From contig NC_082717.1 in the NCBI RefSeq assembly GCF_030144855.1, positions 101,308,001 to 101,372,000 on the forward strand: a stretch of DNA of 64,000 bases. Reading direction: 5' to 3'. Positions within the stretch are counted from its first letter, which is position 1. Each line of letters starts with the position of its first letter. Under the pieces are notes generated by a model. The model was not told where the DNA came from. It did not search any database and was given only the letters and a program-made list of their open reading frames with translations. Positions 63,321 to 64,000 of the stretch are shown here, in pieces. This stretch comes from Hypanus sabinus (lineage: Eukaryota). The translations under genes and the position numbers were made by a program.

Positions 63321-64000
63321 CTTCTATAGCATTATGTTAATATAATTCAAAACATATGGATTATTTGTTAATAATTTGTTCAATCCCTATTGTTAAATCA
63401 TTTTCTCACTTGGGATCTCTCTCACCATTAAGTCCCTGTTCAGGAATTCACTCCACCCTGAGCAGTCAGTGTGACTTCTGAACAGGCACTGCAAATATTA
63501 AACTACTTTACACAAAGGGAAAATTTGAAGAGTAAGAAATTCCCCTTGGTAGTCAGGAGTCCGCCCACTGTACGAGTTGACAGTGTGGGTGTGAATACAA
63601 GAAGGGGTCAGAAAGGAGCAAAGTAGCAGTGGAACACAGTATAGTGGGCAGATGTGAAAGCTTTGCATTCCCCCATCCTATCTGCTGTGGTGTGGTCGCG
63701 ATGAACAGAAGCACCACGGGGCCAAGTCACTTCACAACAGCAGTTGTGCATGGGATTTCTCAACAACTGAGCCTGTAGTTGCCACAGTTACATTGTAAAC
63801 ATGATTGCCTGATGAGAATAGAGAAGGCGAGCAGCTAAAACCTTACTCTAACACACAAGGGTCGACTCACCATGAGAACTACCAATGTAGTTCAGACAGT
63901 AGGCCCTGTTGTGTTACAATGACCACAACAATAAACTAAGACTACAACAGCTCCAGGTGTAATGTCAGTTGAAGAATAAGTAATGGTGAAAGAATCATTC

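Overview
Vertebrate genomic DNA, most likely a cartilaginous fish (ray/shark), judged from HE1/V-SINE-type SINEs, abundant CR1 LINEs with esterase ORF1, Penelope-like elements and Rex1/Babar LINEs. It is not prokaryotic. The only protein-coding gene I can support is a minus-strand TAGAP-like RhoGAP (TAGAP/ARHGAP20 family). Nine GT-AG coding exons (6033 to 1091, 1042 nt) splice in frame and the gene runs off the left edge. Its 5' UTR/promoter (6600-7110) appears to be built on decayed ARHGAP20-type PH-domain exons. The remaining ~57 kb upstream is largely nested, mostly decayed transposons: one near-intact CR1, five solo LTRs with exact TSDs, two abutting Passport-like Tc1 elements, Penelope fragments with minimal hammerhead ribozyme motifs, a HERO-type RLE retrotransposon tail, a chimeric L1 insert and a hAT MITE. 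It also holds a 24-bp ETS-motif VNTR, an 8x array of SINE tRNA heads, two assembly gaps and short unique islands with immune-type TF motifs. I found no clearly new multi-gene system. Family assignments rest on remembered reference sequences, not database searches.
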